Counted from the first letter of the stretch, positions 10,446 through 21,029 are shown. The stretch: DNA of 64,000 nt from Vulcanimicrobiota bacterium (GCA_963833095.1 CAWHWQ010000004.1:160001-224000), one strand, 5' to 3'. The notes: generated by a model from the letters alone, not told the origin. Numbers and translations are program-made.

Positions 10446-11196
10446 TCACGCTGAACAGATAAACTGCGCGGCGCGCTCGACAACTGCGGGATCCTTGAGG
10501 ATGCGCATGTGCCCCAAGACCGTCGACGGTGAGAAACTCGCTCCCGCGCCAAGCGGCGGCGACCCTGCGCGCGCCTTCGATCTTGCAAGTGCGATCATCT
10601 TGCGAATGCACGATGAGCGCCGGGGTGTCGAATGCGGACACATTCTCCGGCATAACCAGCGATGTCGTGTCCACACCGCGCGCTCGAAGCGTGTCGATGA
10701 GGCGTTCGGCGTCGACGCCTTCTTCTTGCGCGAACCAGCGCACGTAGCGCTCCCATCGCTCCGGCGTCGCAATGAGCGCGACGCGCTGCACGCGTAACCC
10801 GCCCCGCATCGCGATCGCGATCGAGGGACAGCCGCCCGAATGTCCGATCGCGCCGAGTAGTGGTCCGACGTGCGCGCCGAGCTCCCCGATCGCCCCGCCG
10901 CAATCTAGTGGTGACGCGGTCACGCCGCCGCTTTCGCCGTGGGCGGGCAGATCGACACTGATAACGCGCGCACCGCGTGCCAGCAGCGGCGCAACGAAGG
11001 CATCCATCTGCGCGTGCCAGCCTTCCCAGCCGTGAATCAACAGCACCGCCGGGCCCGAACCGCTCGTCCAATACGCGATTGGACCGTGCGGAGTATCCAG
11101 TGTTTCGCGCGATTCCCACCGCACGGTCGATGCTGCCGGCTCGCCGCGCGCAGGTGTGAGCAAGGCATCTGCGATGCGCTCAAGTTCGACGCTTAT
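10446..11196 (-). CDS. Alpha/beta hydrolase with one frameshift near 10513; start uncertain
   Basis: LIHGWEG, GHSGG; removing one G from GGGG restores VDGLGHMRILKDP. Confidence 0.75.
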
Positions 11197-11660
11197 GAGA
11201 GTTGCTTCTCCATGAAGTAACTGGTCTTGATCGCGCTTGCCGGCAGCGACGCATATGGTTCGAAGGCGCGGCATGGCACGAAACCGTGACGGCGATAGAA
11301 CCCGATGGCGGCCGGCTGATGGACGCCGGTCTCGAGGCGCACCATGCGCAGTCCCGCACTGCGCGCTTCGTTTTCCAGTCGTTCGATAATCGCGTCGGCG
11401 ACGCCGTCGCCGCGGGCAGCGGCGCGCACGTACATGCGTTTGAGCTCCGCGTAGTCGCTGAAAAACGCGACACCGCCGCACCCGACGGCTTGGCCGTCCA
11501 GGCGCGCGATGAAAAACCGCACCAAGGGCTGGAAGATGGCGTCGATCGTCAGTCCGTGGCGCTGCTCGGTCGTGTAGGTTCCCGCAAGCTCGGCGTCAAG
11601 CTCGCCGATGAGGGCATGCACATCGTCAGTAGGTGTAAGGACCTGCTCAATTACTGTCAT
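11193..11660 (-). CDS. GNAT acetyltransferase
   Basis: VGCGG, AELKRMYV, RGDGVA, LETG, FYRRHGF; start MTVIEQ with AAGGA RBS. Confidence 0.85.
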   Translation of the reverse strand: MTVIEQVLTPTDDVHALIGELDAELAGTYTTEQRHGLTIDAIFQPLVRFFIARLDGQAVGCGGVAFFSDYAELKRMYVRAAARGDGVADAIIERLENEARSAGLRMVRLETGVHQPAAIGFYRRHGFVPCRAFEPYASLPASAIKTSYFMEKQLS

Positions 11661-11679
11661 CGTGGTTTCCTTCGACACC

Positions 11680-11716
11680 TTGCCATGATGACCATTTATA
11701 GTCATAATATAGTCAT
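11680..11716 (+). promoter_or_regulatory. Predicted promoter/operator of the TA operon
   Basis: TTGCCA-17-CATAAT; imperfect palindrome ATGAC-N8-GTCAT at 11688-11705; TATAGTCAT direct repeat. Confidence 0.55.
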
Positions 11717-11978
11717 GAGACAGGTTGGGATCGCCGAATTGAAGGCGCGGTTGAGCGAGTACCTCCGAGCAGTTCGCAGGGGCGAGACCATATCCGTGTT
11801 GGATCGCGAAACGCCCATCGCGCGTATCGTGCCCGCGACCGAACGGACCACGCTTCATGTCCGCAAGACCGCAGCTAACGCTCCTGCGCTCAATCGCGTG
11901 CCGCTGCCCGGTAGGCCGTTGAAGCTGGGCGTTGATATCGTTGACCTGCTCCTCGAAGAGCGCCAGGGATCGCGTTGA
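11715..11978 (+). CDS. Phd/YefM-family antitoxin
   Basis: MRQVGIAELKARLSEYLRAVRRGETISV...PIARIVP. Confidence 0.85.
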   Translation: MRQVGIAELKARLSEYLRAVRRGETISVLDRETPIARIVPATERTTLHVRKTAANAPALNRVPLPGRPLKLGVDIVDLLLEERQGSR

Positions 11979-12391
11979 TCGCCTATATCGACGCATCCGT
12001 GCTCCTGCGCGTCGCCCTCGAACAGCCCAATGCGCTGAGCGAGTGGGCCCAAATCGAGCGAGGCGTGTCAAGCGCGCTTCTGAGCACCGAGTGCTTGCGC
12101 ACGCTCGACCGGCTGCGACTGCGTACTCGCATAGACGATACGGAGATAGCGCTGCGCCGCTCGACGATTCTGAATCTCATTGCATCGATCGAACTCGTCG
12201 ACATCGACGGCTCCGTTCTTCAACGCGCCGCGCAACCGATGCCGACCGAACTCGGTACACTGGATGCAATCCACCTGGCGACCGCGCTTCTTTGGAATGA
12301 GACCAAAGGAACGCGCCTGACGGTAGCAACGCACGATAGTGCGCTGGGGATCGCCGCTCGCGCGCACGGCATGGCGGTAGTCGGCACCTAG
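11975..12391 (+). CDS. vapC: PIN-domain toxin (VapC-like)
   Basis: YIDAS, TLDAIHLATA, THD acidic PIN motifs; overlaps the antitoxin stop. Confidence 0.88.
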   Translation: MIAYIDASVLLRVALEQPNALSEWAQIERGVSSALLSTECLRTLDRLRLRTRIDDTEIALRRSTILNLIASIELVDIDGSVLQRAAQPMPTELGTLDAIHLATALLWNETKGTRLTVATHDSALGIAARAHGMAVVGT

Positions 12392-12446
12392 AAATGTGCA
12401 GTTTTTCTGGCTAGACCCGTGCTACGGCATTGGCTACCTTGACCCC

Positions 12447-13754
12447 ATGTCGAACAATTTCTTCAATCGTCGTGGCTTTATCGGCACCGCCGCCGCCGCG
12501 GTTGCCGCCGCTCCGCTCGGCCTCTCGGCGCAAACACCCACGAGCAGCTCCGCAATTCGCCCCTTCCATGTGAGCTTTCCGGATTCGACCCTTGACGATA
12601 TGCGCAAGCGCATCAAGGCGACACGATGGCCCGACCGCGAGACCGTGAGCGATGATACGCAAGGCGTTCCGCTAGCGATGATTCAGGGGCTCGCCGCCTA
12701 TTGGGCAACCGACTACGACTGGCGCAAGTGCGAGGCGAGGCTCAACGCGCTGCCCGAATTCATCACGACGATCAACGGGGTCGACATCCACTTCATCCAC
12801 GTGAAGTCCAGACACACACACGCGCTGCCGCTCATCGTCACGCACGGATGGCCCGGTTCGATCATCGAACAACTCAAGATCATCGGGCCGCTCACCGATC
12901 CGACCGCCCACGGTGGCAGTGCATCGGATGCATTCCACGTCGTTATTCCCTCGATACCCGGTTACGGGTTCTCGGGAAAGCCGCGTTCGCCCGAGTGGGA
13001 CACCGCCGCGACCGCGCGCGCCTGGGCCGTGTTGATGCAGCGCCTTGGCTATACGCGCTACGTTGCGCAAGGCGGCGACCTCGGTTCGGTGGTGACGACA
13101 TTGATGGGCAAACAAGAGCCGCCCGGACTACTCGCGATCAACACCAGCTTGCCCGCGACCGTTCCGCCGGCGATTGCAAAGTCACTCAACTGCGGCGACC
13201 CTGCGCCGGCAACGCTCTCCGTCGACGAAAAGCAAGCCTACCAGCAATTGCAACTCTTATATGGAAAGCAGTTCGCTTACGCGGCGATCCAGCACACGCG
13301 TCCACAAACGCTCTACGGCATCGCCGATTCCCCGATCGGCCTCGCAGCCTGGCTGCTCGATCATGGCGACGGTTGGAACCAACCGGCGGCAGCCGTTATT
13401 TCCGCGGTGGCGGGACACACCGTCGACGGACATAGCGCCGGTGCACTAACGCGCGACGACGTCCTCGACAACATCACGCTGTATTGGCTGACCAATACTG
13501 GGGTCTCCGCGGCGCGCTCGTATTGGCTCAATAAAACCAGCCCATTCAACGCCGCTAACGTCTCGCTCGCGACGGCCGCCATCGTCTTCCCGGGCGAAAT
13601 CTACTTAGCGCCGCGCAGTTGGACCGAACAAGCATTTACCAAACTCATCTACTACAGCCGCGCGAGCGCCGGCGGCCACTTTGCCGCGTGGGAACAGCCG
13701 CAAGTCTTTTCGCAAGAGGTTCGCGCGGGCTTTAGGTCACTTCGGACGACATGA
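12447..13754 (+). CDS. Epoxide hydrolase family protein with Tat signal
   Basis: NRRGFI signal; YDWR, HGWPGS, GGDLG, GGHFAAWEQP. Confidence 0.88.
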   Translation: MSNNFFNRRGFIGTAAAAVAAAPLGLSAQTPTSSSAIRPFHVSFPDSTLDDMRKRIKATRWPDRETVSDDTQGVPLAMIQGLAAYWATDYDWRKCEARLNALPEFITTINGVDIHFIHVKSRHTHALPLIVTHGWPGSIIEQLKIIGPLTDPTAHGGSASDAFHVVIPSIPGYGFSGKPRSPEWDTAATARAWAVLMQRLGYTRYVAQGGDLGSVVTTLMGKQEPPGLLAINTSLPATVPPAIAKSLNCGDPAPATLSVDEKQAYQQLQLLYGKQFAYAAIQHTRPQTLYGIADSPIGLAAWLLDHGDGWNQPAAAVISAVAGHTVDGHSAGALTRDDVLDNITLYWLTNTGVSAARSYWLNKTSPFNAANVSLATAAIVFPGEIYLAPRSWTEQAFTKLIYYSRASAGGHFAAWEQPQVFSQEVRAGFRSLRTT

Positions 13755-13816
13755 CCGCACGCGATGTCGTCGGCCCTGCACCGGTTGAGCCGCTGACCAC
13801 GCCGGAACCGCCAACC

Positions 13817-13907
13817 TGTCACCCTGAGCTTGTCTCTGTCACCCTGAGCCTGTCGAAGGGCGCGAGCGTGTCATCCTGAGGTGTGAGCGTTAGCGAGCCT
13901 CGAAGGA
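13817..13907 (+). repeat. REP-like cluster
   Basis: TGTCACCCTGAG x2 (second ends TCGAAGGG), then TGTCATCCTGAG...TCGAAGGA. Confidence 0.85.
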
Positions 13908-13990
13908 CGAGGGGCCGCGATAATCAATTGCAGCCGCGGTAGCGTTCTTCACAGCGCGCTGATGACGTGGCTCCATGCTTGGACCCGAAT

Positions 13991-14530
13991 TTAGACTACG
14001 GCGGGTTCGCCGGACCACTTTTGCATTTTAGTTAGGTAGCCGACCAAACCGACCGCATCATCCGCCGCGATGCGACCGATCGCGCCGCTCGAATACACGA
14101 CCAGCGCGATATCGCCGTCGGGATCGATGATAAATCCCGTCGAGTTGATGTACGTCCCGTGCGCGTCCGTAGATGAGTAGGCGCCGAATCTCGCGGCGAC
14201 ATCGGTTGCGTCTGCGCCGTAAAGAACCGGGTACGTCAAATGAGAACGCTCGACGGTCTTTGACGCATCGCTTTGCGAATCGACCGAGATGGCGACGACT
14301 CGGGCGCCAAGCTTCTCCAGGCCTTCCAGTTTTCGCTGGAATCCGCTGAGTTGCGCATTACAAAATGGGCACCAGTCGCCACGATAAAACAGCACGGCGC
14401 CCCACGCGCCCTTCAAATATTGCGATAGGATCGTCGTTCCACCCCCAACGCGAGGCAGCGTCAAATCCGGCAACGCGTCCCCGTTCTTCAAGCGCCGCGC
14501 AGACAATTCCATCAATTTATTATTCTCCAT
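13991..14530 (-). CDS. AhpC/TSA peroxiredoxin-like protein
   Basis: FYRGDWCPFC, VVAISVD. Confidence 0.8.
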   Translation of the reverse strand: MENNKLMELSARRLKNGDALPDLTLPRVGGGTTILSQYLKGAWGAVLFYRGDWCPFCNAQLSGFQRKLEGLEKLGARVVAISVDSQSDASKTVERSHLTYPVLYGADATDVAARFGAYSSTDAHGTYINSTGFIIDPDGDIALVVYSSGAIGRIAADDAVGLVGYLTKMQKWSGEPAVV

Positions 14531-14559
14531 ATGAATGATTTTGTGCCAATGAGTTTAGA

Positions 14560-15147
14560 CTACGGCCGCCGCGGCCAGGTTCGCATAGCGGCCTCGACGA
14601 TGTCGTGCAGCCACGCCACGTCGGCGCACGCCTTGTGTACAACACCCAGACTCATCGCGACCGCGACATAGTATCGCGCAAGCTGCTGAGCGTCGGTCGT
14701 CGCCGGAATCTGTTTCGTGTCGATTGCATGTTTGATCGCGAGCTCGACGCGCGACTCCATGTTCGAGATGTTGCTCGAAACGGCGGATTCGATTGGAGTC
14801 GTATTCCCGGTACACGCCACGGTCGAATTCGTCATTAGGCAGCCGGCGGGAACGTCGGGGCAACTCATGCGCTCGACGATGGCAAGCAGCATAAGCCGGA
14901 TGCCCTCGCCGACGTCCTCGTGCTCGAGTTGCGCAAGCGGCGGACCGCCGAATGTCTTCTGGTACCGATCCAAGACGGCCAGAAACAAGCCTTCCTTATC
15001 GCCGAACGCGTTGTAGAGGCTCCCGCGCCCCAGCCCGGTGGCGGCTTCAAGCTCAAGAATGGACGTGGCCTCGTAGCCGGCCCGCCAGAAGACCTCGGCG
15101 GCGCGGTCCAAGACCTCGTCCGTTTCAAAATCTTTAGGGCGGCCCAT
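14560..15147 (-). CDS. TetR family regulator
   Basis: MGRPKDF, GYEATS, GSLYNAFGDKEGLF, GCLM. Confidence 0.9.
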   Translation of the reverse strand: MGRPKDFETDEVLDRAAEVFWRAGYEATSILELEAATGLGRGSLYNAFGDKEGLFLAVLDRYQKTFGGPPLAQLEHEDVGEGIRLMLLAIVERMSCPDVPAGCLMTNSTVACTGNTTPIESAVSSNISNMESRVELAIKHAIDTKQIPATTDAQQLARYYVAVAMSLGVVHKACADVAWLHDIVEAAMRTWPRRP

Positions 15148-15246
15148 GCCTGCTCAGACTCATGCCGTCGTTGGTTCTTGACTGTGCGTTACAAAACCCT
15201 CTATACTCAGCGAACCTCGATCTCCCCCAGCAAAGGCTTGGACATT

Positions 15247-15990
15247 TTGAAGCTCAAGGACAAGGTCGCCCTTATCACCGGCGGCACGACAGGCATGGGC
15301 GCGGCGACGGCGCTACTATTTCAAAAAGAGGGCGCGAAGGTTATCGTAACGGGTTCCAACCCGTCTACACTCAAGGCGGCGCGCGAAGCGATGCCCGGAA
15401 TCGAAGTTGTCGCGTCGGACGCGGCGGATCCCGCTGCCAGCGCAAACCTCATCGGTACGATCAAAGCGAAATACGGACGGATAGATGTGCTGTTCGTCAA
15501 CGCGGGTGTCGCGAAGTTTACGCCGATCGAAGCAGTCGACGAAGCGTTCTTTGACGCACAGTTCGACGTCAATGTGCGCGGCGCGTATTTCACCATCAAG
15601 CACGCGGTCCCGATCATCGCCGACGGCGGCTCAATCATCCTCACCGGTTCGACCGCTGCAACCGGCGGCGCGCCGGGACGAAGCGTCTACGGCGCCACCA
15701 AGGCCGCGCTTCGCGCGTTTGGCCGCAACCTTGCCGCTGAACTCGCGCCGCGAAAGATCCGCGTGAACACCCTGAGCCCCGGGCCGATCGAAACGCCCAT
15801 CATTGGGAAGCTCGGCCTGACGCCTGAGGCGATGGCCGAGTTCGAGAAGACCGTAACGGGAGCTTCCCCGCTCGGCCGTATCGGCCAGACCGAAGAAATC
15901 GCAACGGCCGCGTTGTTCCTGGCTACGGACGCGTCGTCGTACGTCACCGGCGCCGACCTTCCGGTCGACGGCGGCCTGGCCCAGGTCTAA
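15247..15990 (+). CDS. SDR family oxidoreductase
   Basis: TGGTTGMG, NAG, YGATK, VDGG; probable TTG start. Confidence 0.88.
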   Translation: MKLKDKVALITGGTTGMGAATALLFQKEGAKVIVTGSNPSTLKAAREAMPGIEVVASDAADPAASANLIGTIKAKYGRIDVLFVNAGVAKFTPIEAVDEAFFDAQFDVNVRGAYFTIKHAVPIIADGGSIILTGSTAATGGAPGRSVYGATKAALRAFGRNLAAELAPRKIRVNTLSPGPIETPIIGKLGLTPEAMAEFEKTVTGASPLGRIGQTEEIATAALFLATDASSYVTGADLPVDGGLAQV

Positions 15991-16917
15991 ATGAATATCG
16001 TGGTGATGGGCGCCGGTGGCCTCGGCGGCTACTTCGGCGCCCGACTAGCGACAGCGGGTAATGTTTTGACGTTCGTTGGGCGCGGAAAGCACCTCTCCGC
16101 GATACAACGGGATGGTCTGCGCGTCGAGAGCGCGGTTGCTCCACTACACGTGCGCGGCGTGCACGCGGTCGAACGCGTGGACGGCCTGCCACCGGCAGAC
16201 ATGGTGATCATTGCGGTCAAGCTTTGGGATACCGAAACGGCTGCGGAGGCTGTTCGGCCGGTTATCGGCGCACAGACCATGGTGGTCTCGTTCCAAAACG
16301 GCGTCGATGCTGCCGATCGGATCGCGAGCATCGTCGGCCGTGATCACGTGATCGGCGGCCTGAGCTATATTGCTGCTGCGATAGGGGAGCCCGGCGTCAT
16401 TCGGCACAGCGGCACGCTGCAACGGCTGGTATTCGGTGAACTCGACGGTCAAACCAGCGCGCGTGTCGAGGCCTTTGCTTCTGCGTGCGCTAGCGCCGGC
16501 ATTGACTATGTGGTCAGCGGCGACATTCAAAAGGCCATCTGGGAGAAGTTCGTCTTCCTCGTCGGCCTAAGCGCGTCGACGTGCCTTTTTCGGCGAAGCA
16601 TCGGTCCCATCCGGTCGCACCCACGCAGCCGCGCATTTCTGCGAGAGGTCATGCGTGAAGTCGTTGACGTGGCGCGTGCGCGAGGGATCGCACTCGACCA
16701 ATCGTTTACCGACGAGCGCCTCGCTTTCATGGATACGCTCCCCGAGGGCATGATTGCCTCGATGTACGGCGACCTTCAACGAGGTAATCGGTTGGAACTT
16801 CCGTGGCTTAGCGGGAAAGTTGGCGAGCTCGGAGCCCAGATGAATGTCCCGACGCCCGCCAATAATTTTGTAACCGACGCGCTCTCGCTGGACGTTGACG
16901 GTCGAATCGACGGATGA
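15991..16917 (+). CDS. panE: 2-dehydropantoate 2-reductase family
   Basis: GAGGLG, AVK, QNG, WEKF, SMYGDL...RLEL. Confidence 0.85.
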   Translation: MNIVVMGAGGLGGYFGARLATAGNVLTFVGRGKHLSAIQRDGLRVESAVAPLHVRGVHAVERVDGLPPADMVIIAVKLWDTETAAEAVRPVIGAQTMVVSFQNGVDAADRIASIVGRDHVIGGLSYIAAAIGEPGVIRHSGTLQRLVFGELDGQTSARVEAFASACASAGIDYVVSGDIQKAIWEKFVFLVGLSASTCLFRRSIGPIRSHPRSRAFLREVMREVVDVARARGIALDQSFTDERLAFMDTLPEGMIASMYGDLQRGNRLELPWLSGKVGELGAQMNVPTPANNFVTDALSLDVDGRIDG

Positions 16918-18008
16918 TGCTCGCGCCCAACCTCACGCTTCGCTCAATGACCGTGCGGCCCGTTCGCGTACCGCTTCGAAGACCACTCATGACGGGCGCA
17001 GGCCTCATCGGATCTGCACCGCTGGTCTTGATCGACATTCACACGCACGAAGGGGTGGCCGGTCACGCTTATGTCGTGTGCTACGTAGAACGCCTGCTCG
17101 CGCCTGTCTGCCGCCTTCTGGAAGAGAGTTTTACTCTGATTCAGGGACAGGTCGTTGCCCCTCTCGATATCGCGCAGACCTTCGAACGCGCATACCGTAT
17201 TCCAGGCCTCCGAGGACTCGTCTCCTACGCGCTCTCCGGCATCGACGTCGCCTGTTGGGACGCACTAGCGCGGGGCGCCGGCCTTCCATTGGTACGGCTT
17301 CTTGGTGCCGCATCTCGTACAATCCCAACCTATAATAGCAACGGCCTCAGTGTCGCCGATCCCGGAGCAACTGGCGACGAGGCGCTGGCGCTGCTCGCGG
17401 AAGGATTTGGCGCTGTGAAAGTTCGGCTGGGTTATTCCACGCTGGAGGACGACGTACGAGCCGTTCGTTCGGTCAAGGGCGCAATCGGCGATGGAAACTC
17501 AATCATGTGCGACTACAATCAAGCACTCTGCGTTCCCGATGCAATAGTGCGCGGTAAGGCCCTCGACGCCGAGGGCCTTGAGTGGATCGAAGAGCCCGTC
17601 GCTCACGACGACTACGATGGTTGCGCGCGTGTTGCCGACAGCGTCGCGACACCGATTCAGCTCGGTGAGAATCTCATTGGCTCGCGAGACGTCTTACGGG
17701 CCCTCGAGGCGCATGCGAGCGACTTGCTGATGTTTGACCTCATGCGTATCGGCGGCGTGACGGGCTGGCTGCGGGCGGCGGGTGTTGCGGAAGCCGCCGG
17801 CGTCCAAGTGTCGTCACATCTGTTCCCTGAGGTCAGTGCGCATCTACTGGCAGCGACGCCCACTGCGCACTGGTTGGAGTACGTCGACTGGGCAAATCCA
17901 ATTCTTTTCGAGCCACTTCGCGTCACCGACGGGCGAGTTCAGCCTTCAACGAATCCAGGAACCGGCGTGACTTGGGATGAGGATGCTGTCGAGGCATTCG
18001 CCGTGTAG
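16914..18008 (+). CDS. Mandelate racemase/muconate lactonizing enzyme family
   Basis: KVRLG, DYNQ, WIEEP, GEN, SSH, WLEY. Confidence 0.85.
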   Translation: MMLAPNLTLRSMTVRPVRVPLRRPLMTGAGLIGSAPLVLIDIHTHEGVAGHAYVVCYVERLLAPVCRLLEESFTLIQGQVVAPLDIAQTFERAYRIPGLRGLVSYALSGIDVACWDALARGAGLPLVRLLGAASRTIPTYNSNGLSVADPGATGDEALALLAEGFGAVKVRLGYSTLEDDVRAVRSVKGAIGDGNSIMCDYNQALCVPDAIVRGKALDAEGLEWIEEPVAHDDYDGCARVADSVATPIQLGENLIGSRDVLRALEAHASDLLMFDLMRIGGVTGWLRAAGVAEAAGVQVSSHLFPEVSAHLLAATPTAHWLEYVDWANPILFEPLRVTDGRVQPSTNPGTGVTWDEDAVEAFAV

Positions 18009-18025
18009 CTCACCCGCAATAGACG

Positions 18026-18556
18026 CTAGGCGCGCGATGGACCTATCTTCGCGGCGGTGAACCGCGATATCGTCGTCCACGTCTTGCCACGATCTGCGGA
18101 GATCTGAGTTGTCGCGTTCGCGTGCTTCCCATCTTGCGAAAACACGTGAACGGTACGCAGTATGAGCGTGCTTCCCTTGTAAGGAATATCTGCTGACGTC
18201 GTCCATGTATCCCCATTTATCGTAACGTGTTCTGCAAACGCCCTACGGTCTTTGAAAATTCCTAAACGCCCGTACGTGTGTGCGGCCGCATTATAGCTAA
18301 ATACCGCGAGATCGTTTGCGGGAACGCCGTTGCTCGGGCTGCTGTTGAGATAATCGCAGACCATGAAGCCTCGGTTCGGCGCCCAATTGCAATCACTCGT
18401 ACCGTTGTTCGTGTGAGCGCTGCTGTATGGCGTTTGGTAATCGCGCTCGGTATAGGCCCAGCGCCCTTCTTGCATTCCGAGCTTGTCCATCGGATTCGAT
18501 ACCTGCAAAGGATACTGTGTGGACAGTGCTATAATCGAAATCATGAGCATATGCAT
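18026..18556 (-). CDS. Hypothetical beta-rich protein (DUF1579-like), paralog of 20472-21029
   Basis: EGRW, TPYS, C-x-W..N..FMVCD, IPYKG, SADRGKTWT; start reset to ATG 18556. Confidence 0.65.
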   Translation of the reverse strand: MHMLMISIIALSTQYPLQVSNPMDKLGMQEGRWAYTERDYQTPYSSAHTNNGTSDCNWAPNRGFMVCDYLNSSPSNGVPANDLAVFSYNAAAHTYGRLGIFKDRRAFAEHVTINGDTWTTSADIPYKGSTLILRTVHVFSQDGKHANATTQISADRGKTWTTISRFTAAKIGPSRA

Positions 18557-18637
18557 TCGCGGATGATAGCATTGGAAATGTATGACGCGTGACGCCCAAT
18601 CGCTCGCCCGAGTCTTTTTCGCTCTGAGCCGCCGCGT

Positions 18638-19726
18638 TTGGTCGCCGAATTGAAAACGCATGGCGGCGCGCGGTTTCCCGGCTTTTGGACGTTGCAGGCG
18701 ATCGGTTTCGGCTGCTTCGGCATCTCGTCGCTCGTGGCGAATTTTACCCAGCTTGCGAATCTGCAGACGCTGCGCTCGAGCGGCTCGTATTTGCTCTGGA
18801 CGTTTGCGGCGAGCTGCTTGCTGCATTTCGTCTGCCGGTCGCTGTTCCGGCGAGGATTGTCATGGGTCGCCTTGGAGTTGTCCGCCGCTGCCTGGTGTAT
18901 CCCGTTTAGCTTGGTCAGCGGATTTCTCGATGCGCTAACCGCCCACGGATATCCACCCAGTGTGTATGCATGGCTCGTAATCTCCATGCAGATCATGTTC
19001 ATACTCGTTGTGTGGTGCAGCCTGTACTTCAGCATCAAAATGTGGCAGCAATCCACCCAGGAGCGCGAGCGGCTCCTCCGGGCCGAGGCCGAAGCGCGCG
19101 AGGCCAAGCTCAGCGCGCTGCGGTATCAACTCAATCCGCACTTTCTTTTCAACGCGCTCAATGCCGTATCCACACTAGTGTTGGAGGGACATTCACGTGC
19201 TGCCACGCGCATGCTGGCGCAGATCGGCGACCTTCTGCGGACGATCCTCGATGGAGGAACCAAACTCGAGATACCACTCTCCGAAGAGATGGCATTTATC
19301 GAGCAATACCTTTCCATAGAACACACGCGTCTTGGTTCGCGCCTCCGTACCGACGTTTCCATCGCTTCCGAAACGCTCGATGCGCTGGTGCCCAGCATGC
19401 TGCTGCAGCCATTGGTTGAAAATGCCGTTCGCCACGGCGTAGCTCCGCTGATCGAAGGTGGAGACGTCTACGTTGCAAGTCGAATCCAAGACGGCCAGCT
19501 CCACATCACCGTCCGCAACTCAGGGCCCGCAATCCATCCGCTGCAGCAACCGAATGCCCCGGCGGGGATCGGGCTGCGCAACACTGCCGAGCGCCTCGAG
19601 ACGCTGTATTCCGGGCGGCACACCTTTGCGCTCGAATGGCTGCCGCGCGGAGGCTGCCAAGTCGTCATCGAGCTTCCCTTCCGCAGGAACGGGTCCAATC
19701 CGGAGTCACGATCGTGCGCGTCCTGA
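18638..19726 (+). CDS. LytS/AlgZ-type sensor histidine kinase
   Basis: QLNPHFLFNALN, LQPLVENAVRHG, GIGLRN; N-terminal TM helices. Confidence 0.9.
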   Translation: MVAELKTHGGARFPGFWTLQAIGFGCFGISSLVANFTQLANLQTLRSSGSYLLWTFAASCLLHFVCRSLFRRGLSWVALELSAAAWCIPFSLVSGFLDALTAHGYPPSVYAWLVISMQIMFILVVWCSLYFSIKMWQQSTQERERLLRAEAEAREAKLSALRYQLNPHFLFNALNAVSTLVLEGHSRAATRMLAQIGDLLRTILDGGTKLEIPLSEEMAFIEQYLSIEHTRLGSRLRTDVSIASETLDALVPSMLLQPLVENAVRHGVAPLIEGGDVYVASRIQDGQLHITVRNSGPAIHPLQQPNAPAGIGLRNTAERLETLYSGRHTFALEWLPRGGCQVVIELPFRRNGSNPESRSCAS

Positions 19727-20475
19727 TTGTCGACGACGAGCCGCTTGCGCGGCGCGGCGTCTCGTTGCGCTTGCAAAGATTTCCCGATATCGAGATCGTC
19801 GGCGAATGCGGCGACGGAAAACAAGCGGTTGAGACCATTCTCGAACTCGCGCCCGACGTGGTCTTTCTCGACATCCAGATGCCGGGCATGGACGGCTTCG
19901 ATGTGCTCGCAGCGCTGCCGCCGCAGAATCTTCCGGCGGTGATCTTTCTTACGGCTTACGAGCAGCACGCGCTGCGCGCATTTGAGGTCCACGCGCTCGA
20001 CTACATCCTCAAGCCCGTGGACGACGAACGCTTTGCTTTTGCCGTTGGTCGTGCACGAAAACTGCTGGACGCCGCGACGAAGACCAAGCTCACCGATCGC
20101 ATCCTTGCCGTGCTCGAAGAACGCGCTAAGCAGTACGCGTCGCATTTCGTCGTCCGAACGGGCGCGCGGCTTCAGGTCGTGCTGGTTGAGGAGACGGAGT
20201 GGATTGCGGCCGCGGGCGACTATACCGAACTACATGCCCGCGGTCGTTCGCATCTTTTACGCGAGAGCATGAACTCGCTTGAGAAAAGGCTGGACCCCGC
20301 GCGCTTTTTAAGAATTCACCGCTCTCGCATCGTCCAAAGCGGCTGCATCACCGAGCTGCGAAGTCTGGATAACGGAGAGTATCTGGTGCAGCTTTCCGAC
20401 GGATCCGAGCACCGCACGAGCCGGACCTACGCCAAGAGGGTCGAGCGTTGGCTGCAGGCTGCAGAGCAGACCTAG
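19714..20475 (+). CDS. LytTR response regulator
   Basis: VDDEPLAR, FLDIQMP, FLRIHRSRIV; GTG start. Confidence 0.9.
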   Translation: MRVLIVDDEPLARRGVSLRLQRFPDIEIVGECGDGKQAVETILELAPDVVFLDIQMPGMDGFDVLAALPPQNLPAVIFLTAYEQHALRAFEVHALDYILKPVDDERFAFAVGRARKLLDAATKTKLTDRILAVLEERAKQYASHFVVRTGARLQVVLVEETEWIAAAGDYTELHARGRSHLLRESMNSLEKRLDPARFLRIHRSRIVQSGCITELRSLDNGEYLVQLSDGSEHRTSRTYAKRVERWLQAAEQT

Positions 20476-21029
20476 GGACCTGATTTTGTACCGACGCCGG
20501 TCGATACCAGCGTCCAACTCGTGCCCTGGTCTGCGGAAACCTCGAATCGCTTTTGGTATGTTGACGGCGACGTGAACGTGTAGACATCTTTGCATGCGAG
20601 CGTCTTGCCCTTGTACGGGATCTCGAACTGGTCCGTCCAGGTATCACCGTCACGATCCATTTTCTCGAAGAGCGGCTTGTCATCGCGGGTGATTCCCAGA
20701 TGGTGGTAGGCTTGTTCTGAGTTGCTGTAGGTAAACAGGGACAAATTGTTCACGACACTGCCGGCTCGTGGATCGGCGCCATTGCTTTGAAAGTCACAGA
20801 TCATGTAGCTCCGATTCGGCATCCACGAACAAGACGCGCCCCACGAAAGCGAGTAGGCGTGGCTATAGGGTGTTTCCAGGGTCTCGTCGGCGACGGTCCA
20901 GTGGCCTTCAAAAGCATTCAATCGGTCGAGCGCAGCCGCCGAATCAGACGGTGCCGCGCTTGCCGACATCGCGAAGCCGAACGCGAGAGCTGCCGCTGGA
21001 ATGATTGATCGCCAAGTAGTTCGTTTCAT
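20472..21029 (-). CDS. Secreted hypothetical protein (DUF1579-like)
   Basis: Signal peptide; AAGGAGG RBS; EGHW, TPYS, IPYKG, SADQGTSWT. Confidence 0.7.
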   Translation of the reverse strand: MKRTTWRSIIPAAALAFGFAMSASAAPSDSAAALDRLNAFEGHWTVADETLETPYSHAYSLSWGASCSWMPNRSYMICDFQSNGADPRAGSVVNNLSLFTYSNSEQAYHHLGITRDDKPLFEKMDRDGDTWTDQFEIPYKGKTLACKDVYTFTSPSTYQKRFEVSADQGTSWTLVSTGVGTKSGP

